From: Flavobacteriales bacterium
GTDB taxonomy: Bacteria > Bacteroidota > Bacteroidia > Flavobacteriales_F > PHOS-HE28
DNA length: 64,000 bases
Reading direction: 5' to 3'
Assembly (NCBI GenBank): GCA_016710015.1
Contig: JADJLR010000008.1
Coordinates: forward strand, 279,912-343,911
Of the stretch, positions 60,022-64,000 are shown piece after piece. Below the pieces are notes generated by a model. It was given only the letters and a program-made list of their open reading frames with translations. It was not told where the DNA came from and did no database searches. The position numbers and the translations under genes are program-made. Every line of letters begins with the position of its first letter. Position 1 is the first letter of the stretch.

Positions 60022-63000
60022 ATGGCTGCTGGCACCAATGGGATACTTTTCGGACGAAGTCCCCGTATGCCCTATGTGTCCCTTGGCCCGTTGACCGTTG
60101 GTTCTGGTCCTTGCCTCCGCATCTTGTCGGTCCGGTGGGTCGCCTTCGTATGGCTTTGCATCACCATGCAGGGGGTGCTATCAGCGCAAACCCCGGCCAC
60201 CTCGAACCTCCGGTTGCGTTGGTTCCATGTTGGTTCGGACACCCTTCAACTGGACAGCTTGAGCGTGGCACCTGGCAGCGTACATGTGTTCAGCGGTGGG
60301 TTACCCGTGGCCCTTTCCACCTTTTCCGTGGACCCCTACAAAGGCACGTTGATCTGGATGGAACGCCCGATGAGAGATTCTGTTCTGGTCCGTTATCGTG
60401 TGCTGCCCTTGGCATTCGGTTCTGTGAAGCGGAACAAGGATCCCGATCGTTTGACCTCTGCCAGTGGCGACCGTGCCGACCCCTTCAAGTACGAGCCACC
60501 GAAACAGGTGGGCGATCCGTTCGGAACACAGGGGCTGAACAAGACCGGAAGCATTTCGCGCGGTGTACTCTTCGGGAACAACCAGGACCTCGCTGTGAAC
60601 TCCACCCTCAATTTGGAACTGAGTGGTCGGCTAACGGACCGGATCCAGGTGCTGGCCAGCATCACGGACAACAACATCCCGATCCAAGCGGGTGGCAATA
60701 CCCTCGAGCTTCAGGACTTCGATCAGGTCTTCATCAAACTCTTCGAAGGGGAAGAAGGCAAAGGATGGTCGCTGATCGCCGGTGATTTCGTGCTCCAGCG
60801 CCCCAAGAGCCATTTCCTCACCTACCTGAAGAAGACCAAAGGGATCGGTTTCGAAACACCGTTCCAGTACTCCGATGACATCAGCGCGCGGGTCGGTGCA
60901 AGCGTCGCGATCAGCAAAGGCAAATTCGCCCGCAACGTGATCCAGGGGATCGAAGGTGTGCAAGGACCGTATCGCTTGCGTGGGAACGACAGCGGCGGTA
61001 TCATCATCATTCTTTCCGGCACCGAGCGCGTGTTCATCGATGGGTTGTTGCTGGTGCGTGGACAGGAGAATGATTACGTGATCGACTACAACACCGCAGA
61101 GATCACGTTCACTGCGAAACGGCTGATCACGAAGGACCGACGCATCACGGTGGAATTCCAGTACTCGGACAAGAACTACGCACGCTCCTTGGTCCGATTG
61201 GATCATTCCGTGGACTTCGGAAAGAGCACCCTCCGCTTCAACGTCTATAGCGAGCAGGACCATCGTAACCAGCCCTTGCAGCAGCAACTGAGTGATGAGG
61301 AGCGCTTGGTCCTTCGTGAAGCGGGAGATGATCCGCTGCTTGCCACTGTTCCTGGGGTGGATAGTACGGGATTCGCGGATGATCAAGTGCTTTATCAGCG
61401 GTTGGATTCGCTGGGGTACTTCCCCGTGTTCCGGTACAACACGAACCCCGATACTGCGGTCTGGCGGATCACCTTCACACAAGTGGGTGCGGGGTTGGGC
61501 GATTATGTGCAACAGGAATTCACCCCCAACGGCCGCGTGTTCCGGTGGGTGGCACCGGACACCGTCAATGGTGTTCTGGTTCGTCGTGGTGATCACGCTC
61601 CGGTCCGTGTTCTTGTTACTCCTCGGAGTCAACAGCTGATCACGATCGGTTTCGATCACACCCCTTCTACCCGCACCAATGCGACGGTGGAACTCGCCTA
61701 CAGCAACGAAGACCGCAACACCTTCAGCCAAGCGGACCAAGCCGATGACCAAGGGTATGGCCTTATGGCCCACGGGGAACATGCCATCCCGATCAGTGCA
61801 AAGGACACCACGCTCCACCTCTTGCTCGGTGCCCGGACCGAGGCCATTTCGCGCAACTTCCGTTTCGTGGAGCGTTACCGTGCTGTTGAATTCGATCGAA
61901 ATTGGAACATCCTTGGCCTCAACTTGATCGGCGATCAATTGATCGCTGAAGCCGAGGTCGGTCTGCGGGCACGGAAGCTCGGACAGGTGAAGTATGGACT
62001 CAGCACGTTCCAAGTGACGGACTCCTACCGGGGCGTGAAACAGGAATTGAACAGCAACGTGAAGACCGCTCGCACCGACGTGATCGGAACCGCGAGTTGG
62101 TTGACCACGGCCAATACACGATCCACCGATTTCCTGCGCCACAAGGGTTTGGCCCAGCAGCGCTTCAAGCAATTCACCATCGGGTTGAAGGACGAGCACG
62201 AGCGCAACCTGTTCCGCGCGGATACCTCGCAGCGCCTGATCGCTGGCAGCTATCAATTCCATGAATGGGAAGCCTTCCTGCAAAGTCCGGACACTTTCAA
62301 GAACAAATGGCGGCTTGCGAGCGGCCAACGTTGGGACCGCGCCTTGCGAGAGGGTGCGTTGGTCCAAAGCACTTTGGCCACATCGTACAGCTTCGGGTTG
62401 GATCTGGCACGGAATCCGCGCAAACGCTTGAGCACCACCTTCACGTACCGCCGTTTGGACATTTCGGACAGCACGCTCACCAGCCAGCGACCGGAGAACA
62501 CCTACCTCGCACGGATCGACCATGATCTCACCCTTTTCAAAGGAGCCGCCGTATTCGACCTGTTCTATGAATTCGGCTCCGGCTTGGAGCAACGCCGCGA
62601 GTATCTCTACGTGAACGTGCCCGCTGGACAAGGGCTCTACGTGTGGATCGATTACAATGGGGACGGGGTGAAGGACCTGAACGAATTCGAGTTGGCCAAC
62701 TTCAGTTACGAAGCCGACTACCTCCGGGTATTCGTACCGAGCAATGCGTACGTACGGACGTTCAGCAACCAATTCAGCACGGCATTGGACCTTCGGCCAG
62801 CAGCGCTCTGGAACAATGCCAAAGGGACCAAGGGATTCGTTGCGCGCTTCTCCGACCAGGCCTCTTGGCGCGTGGATCGAAAGACCGGAGGAACCGATGT
62901 ACTCGCGGCCATGAACCCGTTGGTCTTCGATCCATTGGACTCCAACCTCACGGCCTATTCCTCTTCGGCCCGCAACACTTTCTTCTTCAACCGTACCAGT

Positions 63001-63603
63001 CGGAAGTGGAGCGTCGATCACACCTTGCAGAGCGACCGTAGCCAAAGTCTGCTCCTGAACGGATTCGAGTCCCGCTCCCGGCAATTCAACACCGTGCGCA
63101 TGCGGTGGAACACCACCCGGCAATGGACTGCGGATGTCGAGCTGGAGCGCGGCATCGTGAGCAATCGCTCGGATCTCTTGGTCGGACGCACCTATGCGGT
63201 GGACCAACAAGGTCTGAAGCCGCGCTTGACCTGGCAACCGAATACCTCGTTCCGCGTGATCACCTCCTTCAAATACACCGAGAAGAAGAATCAAGCGGAG
63301 TTCGGTGGCGAGCTCGCGAAGATCGAGGACTTCGGTGCCGAGTTGCGCTACAACACGGCAGGTAAGGGAAGCATTTTGGTGACCGCGAACCGGGTGGCGA
63401 TCACCTACGATGGTGAATCGAATTCACCGCTGGGCAACGAGCTGCTCTCCGGATTGAAGATCGGCACCAACATGACCTGGAGCGTGAGCATCCAACGCAA
63501 CTTGAGCAACAACCTGCAAGTGGACCTCACCTACAACGGCCGTCGATCGGAGGGTGTACCACTGGTGCACGTCGGCGGAGCACAGGTGCGGGCGTTCTTC
63601 TGA
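60022..63603 (+). CDS. large (about 1190 aa) conserved outer-membrane protein, probable beta-barrel; family not confidently identified (SprA-like?)
   Basis: Signal peptide ending ...VLSAQ. Long beta-rich sequence with a C-terminal aromatic residue (...VRAFF). N-terminal start uncertain. Confidence 0.55.
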   Translation: MAAGTNGILFGRSPRMPYVSLGPLTVGSGPCLRILSVRWVAFVWLCITMQGVLSAQTPATSNLRLRWFHVGSDTLQLDSLSVAPGSVHVFSGGLPVALSTFSVDPYKGTLIWMERPMRDSVLVRYRVLPLAFGSVKRNKDPDRLTSASGDRADPFKYEPPKQVGDPFGTQGLNKTGSISRGVLFGNNQDLAVNSTLNLELSGRLTDRIQVLASITDNNIPIQAGGNTLELQDFDQVFIKLFEGEEGKGWSLIAGDFVLQRPKSHFLTYLKKTKGIGFETPFQYSDDISARVGASVAISKGKFARNVIQGIEGVQGPYRLRGNDSGGIIIILSGTERVFIDGLLLVRGQENDYVIDYNTAEITFTAKRLITKDRRITVEFQYSDKNYARSLVRLDHSVDFGKSTLRFNVYSEQDHRNQPLQQQLSDEERLVLREAGDDPLLATVPGVDSTGFADDQVLYQRLDSLGYFPVFRYNTNPDTAVWRITFTQVGAGLGDYVQQEFTPNGRVFRWVAPDTVNGVLVRRGDHAPVRVLVTPRSQQLITIGFDHTPSTRTNATVELAYSNEDRNTFSQADQADDQGYGLMAHGEHAIPISAKDTTLHLLLGARTEAISRNFRFVERYRAVEFDRNWNILGLNLIGDQLIAEAEVGLRARKLGQVKYGLSTFQVTDSYRGVKQELNSNVKTARTDVIGTASWLTTANTRSTDFLRHKGLAQQRFKQFTIGLKDEHERNLFRADTSQRLIAGSYQFHEWEAFLQSPDTFKNKWRLASGQRWDRALREGALVQSTLATSYSFGLDLARNPRKRLSTTFTYRRLDISDSTLTSQRPENTYLARIDHDLTLFKGAAVFDLFYEFGSGLEQRREYLYVNVPAGQGLYVWIDYNGDGVKDLNEFELANFSYEADYLRVFVPSNAYVRTFSNQFSTALDLRPAALWNNAKGTKGFVARFSDQASWRVDRKTGGTDVLAAMNPLVFDPLDSNLTAYSSSARNTFFFNRTSRKWSVDHTLQSDRSQSLLLNGFESRSRQFNTVRMRWNTTRQWTADVELERGIVSNRSDLLVGRTYAVDQQGLKPRLTWQPNTSFRVITSFKYTEKKNQAEFGGELAKIEDFGAELRYNTAGKGSILVTANRVAITYDGESNSPLGNELLSGLKIGTNMTWSVSIQRNLSNNLQVDLTYNGRRSEGVPLVHVGGAQVRAFF

Positions 63604-63675
63604 TACGGATAGGGAGGGCTCGCGTACACGGCCCACGAACTCCGATGGACTCACCCGTTGAACCGTAAGCCTAGA

Positions 63676-64000
63676 TCAGAACACCGACCGCAAAGACACT
63701 TGGAAATTCCTTCCCGGCGCACTTACCCCGGAAGCGAACGTACGGTAGTTCGCATCGGCGATGTTCTCGATCCCGCATTGGATGCTGGCATGTCGCGAGA
63801 GTGTGAAGGAGGCGCGAAGGTTCAAGGTCCACCACGCCGGCATGCCATCCACTGTCGCACTGGCCAAATTGTCCTCTCCGGATCCGCTATAGTCCGCAAG
63901 TCGTTTCCAACCGTTGTAAAGTACGTACACCTCACTTCGGATCCGCTTGGTGCGGAACTCCAACCCACTACGACCGAACACCGGCGGTATATGGTCCAAC
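63676..64000 (-). CDS. TonB-dependent receptor, C-terminal end (gene continues beyond the window)
   Basis: Terminal beta-strands ...NIADANYRTFASGVSAPGRNFQVSLRSVF, a typical TBDR C-terminus. Confidence 0.6.
   Translation of the reverse strand, partial: LDHIPPVFGRSGLEFRTKRIRSEVYVLYNGWKRLADYSGSGEDNLASATVDGMPAWWTLNLRASFTLSRHASIQCGIENIADANYRTFASGVSAPGRNFQVSLRSVF

Noticed and set aside
60022-63603. Calling the 1193-aa protein SprA (T9SS translocon)
   Set aside because: SprA/Sov proteins are about 2300-2500 aa. This ORF is complete, with a signal peptide and a C-terminal aromatic residue, at half that size. It is therefore left as an unassigned large OM protein.

Overview
This 64-kb window is from a high-GC Bacteroidota chromosome. 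The phylum assignment rests on several proteins that end in type-IX-secretion C-terminal sorting domains, a GEVED-domain S8 peptidase, the MurF-Alr fusion typical of the phylum, eukaryote-like class I ribonucleotide reductase (RNR), a short-form glycogen synthase and the DUF4270/DUF4271/DUF3109 families. Most of the window is housekeeping: tdk, murF-alr, LPS-core glycosyltransferases plus an O-antigen-ligase-like protein, ctpA, yidD, rnpA, hemD, an acyl-CoA dehydrogenase, an MBOAT pair, ndpA, nrdAB, glyQS, dCMP deaminase, sod, glmS, a DUF4270 protein, glgA, panC, a heptose-1-phosphate adenylyltransferase, radA, an OmpA-family protein, an oligopeptide substrate-binding protein, a 1193-aa outer-membrane protein and the end of a TonB-dependent receptor. 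Four things stand out.

1. A lower-GC accessory island (about 23.4-31.1 kb) lies between ndpA and nrdA. It carries a REP-associated tyrosine transposase (RAYT) and at least four clusters of GTAGCC-N3-GGCTAC palindromic REP/BIME repeats. A second small palindromic repeat family is also present. The island otherwise holds secreted hypothetical proteins: SH3b, delta-60 repeat, KTSC and a DUF488 fusion.

2. Seven genes are disrupted by single-nucleotide indels or amber codons. Five of these are housekeeping or conserved genes (nrdA, nrdB, a second S41 peptidase, DUF3109 and a large T9SS surface protein); the other two are an SBBP T9SS protein and DUF488. Every indel lesion I could localise sits at or next to GATC, CCWGG or a short C/G homopolymer. 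One amber is CCAGG to CTAGG, the classic Dcm 5mC hotspot. This pattern points to systematic errors at methylated motifs, or to methylation-driven mutation, rather than ordinary gene decay.

3. A tRNA-Leu(CAA) and a YhbQ-type GIY-YIG nuclease gene sit together as a cassette. Degenerate 5' and 3' pieces of a second tRNA-Leu flank the cassette.

4. Two toxin-antitoxin-like pairs are present. One is an AbiEii-type nucleotidyltransferase with a small upstream partner. The other is a PIN/VapC toxin whose putative antitoxin carries a histone-H1-like Lys/Ala-rich N-terminus.

No CRISPR array, rRNA or prophage was seen.
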